A stretch of DNA of 64,000 bases from a virus (taxonomy: Duplodnaviria > Caudoviricetes), in IMG/VR virus record IMGVR_UViG_3300033066_002431, positions 12,579-76,578 of that record. One strand, written 5' to 3'. The position numbers were made by a program, and so were the translations under genes. The notes below the pieces were generated by a model. It was given only the letters and a program-made list of their open reading frames with translations, was not told the DNA's origin and ran no database searches. Shown here in pieces: positions 29,116 through 37,051 of this stretch (its first letter is position 1; each line of letters opens with the position of its first letter).

Positions 29116-29350
29116 GCGCGCAAACTTGCGGTACGCAGACGCCGGATGAACACCATCCGATGGCGACACCGGCGCTACCGCTCTCGCCCGGGATGCAGCA
29201 CATCCCCCCGAAGCGTTTTTGACACCAGTCCTTCGGCTGTTCGCACGTGCAAGCCCCCTCGCACGTCACCAGCGTCGGCTTCCCCTCGCATTCCTGCGGA
29301 ACCGTACACCCAGCCAGCCCAGCGAACACCAGCACGAGCATGAGTCGCAT
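29102..29350 (-). CDS. small Cys-rich lipoprotein
   Basis: MRLMLVLVFAGLAGC lipobox; multiple Cys; ATG overlaps the upstream TGA. Confidence 0.7.
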   Translation of the reverse strand: MRLMLVLVFAGLAGCTVPQECEGKPTLVTCEGACTCEQPKDWCQKRFGGMCCIPGESGSAGVAIGWCSSGVCVPQVCALTSP

Positions 29351-30051
29351 CACAGACCTCCGCAGTCGGCGAGCCCGAAGTACAGAGCCCCGTCCGTGCC
29401 CGGCTCGTCGGGGAGATCCTCGGAGAGCAAGTGCCACCCCTTCCCTTCCGGCACCGGCCGGTACCGCATCGCTCGGGCCGGGTCGCACGACGGCATCACC
29501 GCCGGACAGAAATTCTCCCGCACGATGGCTCCGACGAACGGGTAAAGCTCGGGCGTGTGCTCGGAGTGGACAGGCAATCGGACCTCGAAAATCGCGGGGT
29601 CGGACGTGGGGAAGAGCGGTCCAGAGACCGGCACGGTGGTGATGCCCGCCACCCCATCAGGGATCAGCGGCAACAGGGTGTCGAACGTCACCACGTCGAT
29701 CGCGCTCGGCACCTCGCACGGCGCGGGGCCAACAGCGAGGCCGACGATCACGGTTTCGCACGCCGTGGGCGTGCTGAAGGGCGGCAGGACACTGGCCACG
29801 ATGCCGTCGATCTCCACAGGGAGCGGGACCAGTGGGCCGAACGGATTGCTCGCGGGGTCATACCCGAGGAGCGGATCGGAGCAGTCCGGAGCGAGGCCGA
29901 GCATTCCCCCCGTGTCACCACCGCCGGGCGCTGTCCCCCCTTCGCCGCCGGTCCCGCCCCCACCGCAGTGAGCGAAGAATGGGATGTAGACTTGCGGCTG
30001 GTAACAGCCAGCCACGGTCATGAAGCACAAGAACGCCAAGATGGTTCGCAT
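29350..30051 (-). CDS. lipoprotein with Gly-rich linker
   Basis: MRTILAFLCFMTVAGC lipobox, AGGAGA RBS, GGGGTGGEGG linker typical of myxobacterial lipoproteins. Confidence 0.75.
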   Translation of the reverse strand: MRTILAFLCFMTVAGCYQPQVYIPFFAHCGGGGTGGEGGTAPGGGDTGGMLGLAPDCSDPLLGYDPASNPFGPLVPLPVEIDGIVASVLPPFSTPTACETVIVGLAVGPAPCEVPSAIDVVTFDTLLPLIPDGVAGITTVPVSGPLFPTSDPAIFEVRLPVHSEHTPELYPFVGAIVRENFCPAVMPSCDPARAMRYRPVPEGKGWHLLSEDLPDEPGTDGALYFGLADCGGL

Positions 30052-30236
30052 AACGTTGTCTCCTATTGGAAGTGCCGCGTGTACAGCACGAGCTTGCGTA
30101 AAATTGAAGCACAATCGCATACGTGCGTGACGTTTGCGCCCTCTTCATGCGCACGGTCGACACCATTGTCGATACTGGGCGCGTGTCCAGCGAAGTCCCC
30201 CGCATCGCGCTTTCACCTCTCTGACTTGAGGTCTTC

Positions 30237-33062
30237 ATGGCTAGTGCAATTCTGAGGTTCCGGCTCGACGGCGGCGCGGTCCACACGACTAGTGTCTCGG
30301 ACACTCCCGTCAATCTGGCGGAGAAGACCGTCTCTCTCTCGGCGTCCAGCTACGCCGGGTGGCGCTCGGCCGTTTGGATGATCGCCGAGTTCCCCGACGG
30401 CTTCGCCTGCCCAGCCGGGTGGACCACGAACGCAACAGGCATCTACGTCTACGCGGCCGACCCCATCACGGGCACCACGCCACCGGACTTCGACCTTCCG
30501 AGCACGGCCGACATCGATGCCGGACAGTGGGGCAAATTCGAGTTCCGGCTGCTCGTAAACGCCACCACCTACTCGCAGAAGCTCGGGGTCGAGATCCTCT
30601 CGAACAACGGCGTCCACGACCTCGCGTACGGCGAAGAAGACGAGTTCGGGGGCGCGCAGCGCCAGTGGGTGGGAGACCAGAAGACGAACCTGCGCACCTT
30701 CGACGGCGCGCTCGCCGGTGGGGCTCCCGTCGGTGCGAAGTACCTGATCAAGGAAGCGAACGTGTCGCTCCCGCTCGCCACCGTGTGGACGTCGATCACG
30801 ACCACCGTGGACTTCACGAGCACGTCGACCATCCCCTGCTCGTTCGTTCGGCAGCAAGCGACGACGAACACCGCGGTCGACGCGATGCGGGTCGAGTCGT
30901 CCAGCTCGACGACGGCCGCGAACAACTTCGGCGTGGCGTGCCTCTACCGTGCAGCGAACAAAGACGCTGGACGGCTCGCGTTCATCTTCACGGACATCAC
31001 CGGAGCCAGCGAAGACTCCCAAGTCGTGATCCAGCTTCGCACGGCGGGCGCGGCGCTCGCGGATGCCTTCCTCCTCTCGGGGACCACGTGGCAGGTTCCG
31101 CAGCTCGGCGGCAACGGTACGGGCATCCTCGCCGTCGACAACAGCGGCAACATCACGTGGGCGGCTGGCGGCTCGGGTGCGCCATCGGACGCGCCGTACC
31201 TCACCGTGGGTGCCGTGTCGGGCCTCTCCGCAGAGGTCGACATCACCGCGGTGACGAGCACCGTGGCGTTCGCGTCGAGCACGGTGGTGCCGCTCTCGGT
31301 CACCCGAGCGGACACGGTCACGAACACCATGGTCGACGTGCTCACCAGCTCGGCGACGACGTCGAGCACGGCGACGACAAACTTCGGCGTCGGCCACCTC
31401 TACAAGGCCGAGAACGCGGACGGCTTCAACGTCGACATCGGCCGACACGGCTACCGCTGGGTCGACGCTGGATCGCTCTCCGCCGTGTCGGAGTACATCA
31501 TCCAGCTTCGGCTTGCTGGCGATGGCCTTGCGACGAAGCTTACCCTCTCGGGGACGGGCCTCCTCACCGTCGCGAATCTCACCCTCTCGGGACTTGCTAC
31601 CGGCTACCTCTACGCGACGTCGGGCGCCGTCTCGATCGGTGCGACGCAGCCAGCGCCGAGTGATGCCCCCTTCCTGACGGTGGGGGCCGTGTCGGGCCTC
31701 TCCGCGGAGGTGAACGTCAACGCCATCAGCACGACGGTGGTCTTCGGATCAACGTCGACCGAGCCGTGCGACTTCCGGCGGACCGACAACAGTACGAACA
31801 GCGCGATCAACGTCTGCACGTTCCGGCGCGCGGTGAACGGCACCGCGGCGGCCAACAGCGGCGGCCTGCTCACCTTCGAAGCGCAGGATGCTTCCGGCGG
31901 CTTCCCCGTAGCCGGCTACCTGTCGTGGATCCTCACCACGGCAACGGCCGGCGGCGAGGTGAGCGAGCTCGGGCTGTGGACGCGCACGGGAGGCGGCGCC
32001 CTCGCGAAGAACGCCTACCTCACCGGCGCCGGCAACTGGGTCGTGGTCGGCACCGTTTCGGGTGCAAACGTCACCACAGACGGCCGCTTCGATCGCTCGA
32101 CATCGGGCACTGCCCTCTTCGGAACGAGCACGGCGACGGCGGTCACCGTTGGAAAGACGGGCATCACCGTCACCGTCCCCGGCGCCTTCGCGGTGACCCA
32201 GACGTCCGTCTTCTCGGACGCCGTCACCATCAACAAGGACAACATCACGACGACGCAGACCAGCGCGCTCGTGATCGCGAACGACACGAACAGCGGCACG
32301 CAGTACACGGGGCAGCTCGGTTTCCGGGCGTACGGCAGCGGCACCATCATCCAGATGGGCATGCGGCTCGAACCGCAGAGCGCGAGCCGCGGCAAGCTCG
32401 TCGTGTACTACGGCACGGGGAGCGGCGTGCCGGCGAACACCGCGACCTACTTCGACAACAACGACCCGAACTTCGGGACGTGCGTCGTCGCCGACTGCTT
32501 CGTGATCCGGAGCACGAGCACCACGGGCTTCCGCTACGACGTGTCCGCCAACCGCGGAGGGTTCGACCAGAACGGTTCGAACTGGATGCGGATCAAGAGC
32601 TACAACACGAAGGGCATCGTCCTCGAGACGGGCGCGGACAGCGGCGGGTCCGGCGGCGTCGAGCGCTTCTTCATCGACGGCAGCGGCAAGGGCCGCGCGA
32701 TCTTCGTCCCCCACGTCGTCACCAGCTCGTCCGGGGCGGTCACCTTCCCGCTCGCCACGTGCTGCAACATCCGGCACACGACGACGGAGAGCACGACCGT
32801 CACGATCTCGGGCGCGACCCCCGGCATGCACGGCTTCCTGGACGTCATTCAGGGAGCGAGCGGCAAGGTGGTCACTTTGCCGATCAACGGTTCTGGCATC
32901 GAGTACAGCGCGGAGATCATGGCGCTCAACGGCGGCGTGAACCCTGAGCAATACGCGATTGACCAGACGGCGAACACTCGCACGGTGCTCGAGTACTACG
33001 TGACGGACAGCCCTGCGACACGGCTCGTGATCACGTCGCGCTTCGTTCACGTCCTCCCCTGA
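30237..33062 (+). CDS. long tail fibre / receptor-binding protein with three internal repeats
   Basis: 941 aa, Thr/Gly/Ser-rich; APSDAP(Y/F)LTVGAVSGLSAEV occurs twice, plus a diverged first copy. Confidence 0.75.
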   Translation: MASAILRFRLDGGAVHTTSVSDTPVNLAEKTVSLSASSYAGWRSAVWMIAEFPDGFACPAGWTTNATGIYVYAADPITGTTPPDFDLPSTADIDAGQWGKFEFRLLVNATTYSQKLGVEILSNNGVHDLAYGEEDEFGGAQRQWVGDQKTNLRTFDGALAGGAPVGAKYLIKEANVSLPLATVWTSITTTVDFTSTSTIPCSFVRQQATTNTAVDAMRVESSSSTTAANNFGVACLYRAANKDAGRLAFIFTDITGASEDSQVVIQLRTAGAALADAFLLSGTTWQVPQLGGNGTGILAVDNSGNITWAAGGSGAPSDAPYLTVGAVSGLSAEVDITAVTSTVAFASSTVVPLSVTRADTVTNTMVDVLTSSATTSSTATTNFGVGHLYKAENADGFNVDIGRHGYRWVDAGSLSAVSEYIIQLRLAGDGLATKLTLSGTGLLTVANLTLSGLATGYLYATSGAVSIGATQPAPSDAPFLTVGAVSGLSAEVNVNAISTTVVFGSTSTEPCDFRRTDNSTNSAINVCTFRRAVNGTAAANSGGLLTFEAQDASGGFPVAGYLSWILTTATAGGEVSELGLWTRTGGGALAKNAYLTGAGNWVVVGTVSGANVTTDGRFDRSTSGTALFGTSTATAVTVGKTGITVTVPGAFAVTQTSVFSDAVTINKDNITTTQTSALVIANDTNSGTQYTGQLGFRAYGSGTIIQMGMRLEPQSASRGKLVVYYGTGSGVPANTATYFDNNDPNFGTCVVADCFVIRSTSTTGFRYDVSANRGGFDQNGSNWMRIKSYNTKGIVLETGADSGGSGGVERFFIDGSGKGRAIFVPHVVTSSSGAVTFPLATCCNIRHTTTESTTVTISGATPGMHGFLDVIQGASGKVVTLPINGSGIEYSAEIMALNGGVNPEQYAIDQTANTRTVLEYYVTDSPATRLVITSRFVHVLP

Positions 33063-33071
33063 AAGAACACC

Positions 33072-33338
33072 ATGGCAGCCAAAGAAACCTTCCTCGCCGC
33101 GTGCGACGCGCTCGGCTGGACGATCGCCGACGACTCGCCCGCTCTCGGCGACCTCGCGGAACACCTCTTCGATCACGCGGGGCGCGGGTCCGACCCGTGG
33201 TCCCTCGTGATGACGCGCGTACGGGACGCGGCGCGCGAAGCGGCGGTCGGTGCCGACATCGCGATCGTGAAGAGCTTCCTCATCGAAGCAGCGGATCGTG
33301 CGACCGCGCGCGGCATTGCCCTGCCGGGTGCCTCGTGA
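33072..33338 (+). CDS. hypothetical helical protein
   Basis: 88-aa ORF directly after the fibre gene. Confidence 0.6.
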   Translation: MAAKETFLAACDALGWTIADDSPALGDLAEHLFDHAGRGSDPWSLVMTRVRDAAREAAVGADIAIVKSFLIEAADRATARGIALPGAS

Positions 33339-33571
33339 GGCGCGCGCTCGTCATTGCGGTGCTGCTGTTCTTCGCGCCGGTCTTCGTGGCCGCGTGCGCC
33401 ACCGAGACGACCGACACGAACGGCGCTGGCGGCGGCGCTGCCGCGACGGACAAGTACACGAGCGCCTCGGCGTGCGTGGACGACTGCCAGGGCAGTGACC
33501 ACCCGAACTGCGTCTCCATTTGCAACAGCACGGCGACGCTGTGCGCCGTCTCCAACCCAGGACTTCGATGA
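33335..33571 (+). CDS. small Cys-rich lipoprotein
   Basis: GTG at 33335; hydrophobic signal ending VAAC; CVDDC...CVSIC. Confidence 0.65.
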   Translation: MRRALVIAVLLFFAPVFVAACATETTDTNGAGGGAAATDKYTSASACVDDCQGSDHPNCVSICNSTATLCAVSNPGLR

Positions 33572-34551
33572 AACCCATTCTCCTCTTCCCCATCATGGGC
33601 GGACTGCTGATCGCTGCTTCATGCGGCGGCACCTCGCCGGACTGCTTCTGTAACGGCGAGGTCGCTTCGGGCTGCGCGGAGGAATGCGCTTCCCACGACT
33701 CGCCCGAGCACGTCAGTGAAGCTGCAAGCGCACTGACCCTGTCGGCGTCGGCCTTCTACTCGATCGCCTACGCGGCCGGCTACGGGCCTTCGGACGGCTC
33801 GTACTGCAACAACCCAAGCATCAGCACGTGGTGCGAGTGCAACGTCGACTACACGGATGCGGCGGCACGTTGCAACGAACCGACGGCGACGGTGGTATGG
33901 GCGTTCCCCGCGCCTGCCTGCACGGTCGCCAGCGCGTCGCTCACCTACCAGGCGATGGAAGGGGCTGCGGGGCGCACCGTCTCGATCCGGCGCATCCTCC
34001 GGCCCGTGGCGACCCCTCCGATGGGGCTCGCGGGATCGTGCGTGACGGCGTCTGTGGCGTCGTGGTGGCGCTCCGGCCCCGAGGCGTGGACGGTCCCCGG
34101 TGCGAAGGGGGACGGCACCGATCGCACCGCGACGGGCCCCTCCCGCACCCTCACGGCGACGTCGCTCCACACGGAGAGCTTCGACGTCACGGCCCTCGTG
34201 CAAGGGTGCCCGGCGTCGGGCGCGTGCGTGCTCGCGCAGTACGCTGACGCGCATGTGAGCGTGTACCCCGGTGCCGTGCTCGACATCGCGTGTGGCGCGG
34301 CGACGATCTGCGGGGACGGCACCATCGAAGGCTCGGAGGCCTGCGACGACGGCAACACGGCCGGCGGCGACGGGTGTTCGGCCGCGTGCGCCGTGGAGAC
34401 CGGCTGGACGTGCGCGGGCGCACCGAGCGAGTGCCTCACCACGTGCGGCGATGGCATCGTGGCGGGCACCGAGGCCTGCGATGACGGCAACACCACAAGC
34501 CTGGACGGCTGCTCGGAGGCATGCGCCCCCGAGGTCTGCGCCTGGCAGTAG
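33568..34551 (+). CDS. lipoprotein with two Myxococcus Cys-rich (DUF4215-type) repeats
   Basis: MKPILLFPIMGGLLIAASC lipobox; CGDGTIEGSEACDDGNTAGGDGCSAAC and CGDGIVAGTEACDDGNTTSLDGCSEAC. Confidence 0.85.
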   Translation: MKPILLFPIMGGLLIAASCGGTSPDCFCNGEVASGCAEECASHDSPEHVSEAASALTLSASAFYSIAYAAGYGPSDGSYCNNPSISTWCECNVDYTDAAARCNEPTATVVWAFPAPACTVASASLTYQAMEGAAGRTVSIRRILRPVATPPMGLAGSCVTASVASWWRSGPEAWTVPGAKGDGTDRTATGPSRTLTATSLHTESFDVTALVQGCPASGACVLAQYADAHVSVYPGAVLDIACGAATICGDGTIEGSEACDDGNTAGGDGCSAACAVETGWTCAGAPSECLTTCGDGIVAGTEACDDGNTTSLDGCSEACAPEVCAWQ

Positions 34552-34555
34552 AGCT

Positions 34556-34609
34556 TCAGCAGCACGGGGGCCGGTCATCCCTCCGCTGGCCCCCGTGCTG
34601 CTGATTTTT
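34556..34609 (+). terminator. intrinsic terminator
   Basis: 17-bp perfect stem TCAGCAGCACGGGGGCC / GGCCCCCGTGCTGCTGA followed by TTTTT. Confidence 0.8.
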
Positions 34610-34618
34610 GGAGACCCC

Positions 34619-35020
34619 ATGAACGACTCCCCTCCCATGACCATTCTTTCGGCTCGCGCCCTGTGCGTGACGGTGCTCCTCGCCATCTTCCTCTCGGGGT
34701 GCGGCGCACCGCTGGCGAATGCCACCATCGCCGTGAACGACACGCGGTCGTTCCTCACCGTCGCGCACGAGAGCATCGACGAGCGGTGTGTCCCCGCCTA
34801 CCAGGCGGCCAAGACGCCCGACGACATCGCGGCCGCGGACAAGGTCTGTCTGCCGGCGCGAACGGTTTACCTCACCACGCGCGCGGCCTGGATGTCGGCG
34901 GGCGCCGTCGTGCTGGCGGTGCGCTCGGGTGGTGACCCGAGATTGCTGGGCCCGGTGATGCTTCGAATGGCAGAAGGCGTCACGGCGCTCGTGAACGCCA
35001 TCCACGAGGTGTCGAAGTGA
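34619..35020 (+). CDS. lipoprotein (possible spanin/lysis accessory)
   Basis: VLLAIFLSGC lipobox followed by a helical domain. Confidence 0.6.
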   Translation: MNDSPPMTILSARALCVTVLLAIFLSGCGAPLANATIAVNDTRSFLTVAHESIDERCVPAYQAAKTPDDIAAADKVCLPARTVYLTTRAAWMSAGAVVLAVRSGGDPRLLGPVMLRMAEGVTALVNAIHEVSK

Positions 35021-35202
35021 TCCCCGCGAACGCCGTGAAGGGCGTGATCGAGCTTCTGACCGTGCTCGATCCGCTGTTCGAGCTTGGCGGGAAGCTCATC
35101 GAAGAAGCGATGAAGCAGGCGCCCGAGCTGAACCAGGCGCCCGTGCCCGCTCTCGAGGAGATGGACGCCGCGCGGGCGGGCGCGCTGAAGCGCGTAGGCT
35201 AG
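35017..35202 (+). CDS. small helical protein
   Basis: 61 aa, GTG overlaps the upstream TGA. Confidence 0.55.
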   Translation: MIPANAVKGVIELLTVLDPLFELGGKLIEEAMKQAPELNQAPVPALEEMDAARAGALKRVG

Positions 35203-35534
35203 TCGTCGATCTGCGACTTGTAGAGCTCGCGAATGTCGTCCAGCGCCTTCGCCCACAACGCGTTGGAGTCGCACTGCATGTGCGTGGGCCACATGACGGA
35301 CATCGTCCACATGTACCAGTCGAGCGCGATCTCTCGCAGCACGTGAGGCGGAGGCATGGCCCTCAGGCCTTTCATGCGGATCTCGAGAGCGATCATCGTC
35401 GGCTCCGCGACGGCCGACAAGAAAGCTGCCTCGTCGGGGACGCTGTCCCGATTCCAATCGAGGCACGACGTGATGGTCGTCATCGGCAGGCGACCTTTGA
35501 GGTCTTCGAACGAGGCATAGAGGTTGTTGGTCAT
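35199..35534 (-). CDS. inverted paralog of the head-tail adaptor at 13192..13674
   Basis: YASFEDLKGR, CLDW, FLSAVAEP, EIALDWYMW, WPTHMQCD, LWAK match YASLDDLKGR, CLDF, FRSAVANP, ELALDWYVW, YPTHMQLD, LWTK. Confidence 0.75.
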   Translation of the reverse strand: MTNNLYASFEDLKGRLPMTTITSCLDWNRDSVPDEAAFLSAVAEPTMIALEIRMKGLRAMPPPHVLREIALDWYMWTMSVMWPTHMQCDSNALWAKALDDIRELYKSQIDD

Positions 35535-35567
35535 GCCGTTCACGTAGTCACGAACCACAGGAGATCC

Positions 35568-35762
35568 ATGAGTCGCTTCATCACCTTCGCGCTGGCGCTC
35601 TTCTGCCTCTGCACGCCTTCCAACCCGGAGCCGGCCTGCGCGCTCACCCCAACGTGCGTGCTCGACGCTCCCGGCCAGCCTCCCGCGCCGGCGGGCACCC
35701 CCTGTGGTGATGGCACCTGCGATGGTGCCGGTCTCTGCTGTCCCGCCTCGAACCAGCCTTGA
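35568..35762 (+). CDS. small secreted Cys-rich protein
   Basis: AGGAGA RBS; MSRFITFALALFCLC signal; PAGTPCGDGTCDGAGLCC. Confidence 0.65.
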   Translation: MSRFITFALALFCLCTPSNPEPACALTPTCVLDAPGQPPAPAGTPCGDGTCDGAGLCCPASNQP

Positions 35763-35801
35763 GCTTCGCGCTCCCCCGCCGGCTGGCTCTTCCTCCCTCC
35801 G

Positions 35802-36311
35802 CTACTCGCTCGTCCCGTTCAGCGCCCGCACGAGGTCACCGATCGTCCACGGGCCAGCCTTCAGAAGCTCCGTGGCACGCTCGACGATCTCCTTGTTGAG
35901 GTCGTCGTCCGCGTCGAACGTGATGGTGACATGCTCGTCGTCCTTGTCGATGGACCGTGGCTCGCTCGCGTTCATCTCGCTCCGCAGCGCCTCGAAGCAC
36001 GCCTTGGCGGCATCCTCGCCCCCTTGCTCGGCGCCACGGTAGCGCGCCTCGAGACTCCGCATCGCGTCCACGAACGGGACTGAATGGTCCCGGATCGCCC
36101 GGTAGCAGCCGATCAGTCGTGGGTTCGCGTCGGCCATCACAACGCGGCGCCCCTCCTTCAGCCAGTGGATCGCGAGCGCGCCGGCCCCCGTGAAGACGTC
36201 GAATGCGCGCCCCCTCGGCGATGGTGATGGGATCCGTTCGGAGTAGAGGACGGGGAGCCAGCGCTTCGAGCCGGGCCACCGTCCGAGCGAGTCGACGTCA
36301 GCGGGCAGCAC
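35802..36311 (-). pseudogene. truncated Dam-family adenine methyltransferase fused to an unrelated tail
   Basis: RWPGSKRWL...AFDVFTGAGAL...MADANPRLIGCY is the Dam N-half; no DPPY; sequence diverges after MNASEP. Confidence 0.7.
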
Positions 36312-36999
36312 GGGCCGCCACAGCTTGCCTGCGCGCGACCTCGATCACCTGGCGGATCAACGTCTGCGTGGTCTCGCCCCGCTTGGCGGCGTCCACGCGC
36401 AGCCGTGCCGCGTCCACCGCCCTCACGGAAAAGGTGGTCTGCGTCTTCGGCTCGGTAGTGTCGGAGGCCTCGGGGAAGGTCTCGGCCGCGGCGAGGAGCT
36501 TCGCGACCGTCCCGTCCGGTTGCGACCGGATCCACGCGAGCTGTTTCGCGGTGAGGCTCGTGTTCATCGTCTCGCGCGGGTCCTCGGAGCGTCCGCTACC
36601 GATCGGGGGGAGCAAGTCCTCGAACGCCTGCGACAGCGCGGTCGACCCGCGGATCTCCGTCATCACGTCGCGCTCGCTCCGGCCGGTGATGGTCGTGAGC
36701 TTCTCGATCACCAGCTCGCGCGCAGCGGCTCGCGTGGAAAGGCTCTTCTCGGTCGCGTACCTGGCGACCTCGCCGTCCAGGAAGCTCACCTTGCGGAGCA
36801 CCCGCGCGAGCGGCTTGCGCTTGCGTGCGATGTCCGCGCGGGTCTTCTCGAGGGCCGCCGCGATCACCGGGTTCGTTTCGATATGGTGGTAGATGGCCTG
36901 CCGCGAGACGTTCAGCTCGGTCGCGGCCGCGGACACGCTGCCTCCGTGCTGTTGGAGTGCGCTGACGATCTTCTCGGTGGTGGTGTTCGCGGTGGTCAT
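36298..36999 (-). CDS. multi-domain DNA-binding protein (N-terminal HTH, C-terminal RHH-like)
   Basis: GSVSAAATELNVSRQAIYHHI HTH; TQTTFSVR...LRVDAAKRGETTQTLIRQVI is ribbon-helix-helix-like. Confidence 0.7.
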   Translation of the reverse strand: MTTANTTTEKIVSALQQHGGSVSAAATELNVSRQAIYHHIETNPVIAAALEKTRADIARKRKPLARVLRKVSFLDGEVARYATEKSLSTRAAARELVIEKLTTITGRSERDVMTEIRGSTALSQAFEDLLPPIGSGRSEDPRETMNTSLTAKQLAWIRSQPDGTVAKLLAAAETFPEASDTTEPKTQTTFSVRAVDAARLRVDAAKRGETTQTLIRQVIEVARRQAVAARAAR

Positions 37000-37051
37000 G
37001 GGATCCCCCGCACCATAGGTGCGCTGGACAGTGCTGCAACACGGGGATGGT

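Noticed and set aside
27790-33062. Diversity-generating retroelement acting on the fibres
   Set aside because: No reverse transcriptase and no adenine-specific TR/VR pair; the repeats are in-frame protein modules.
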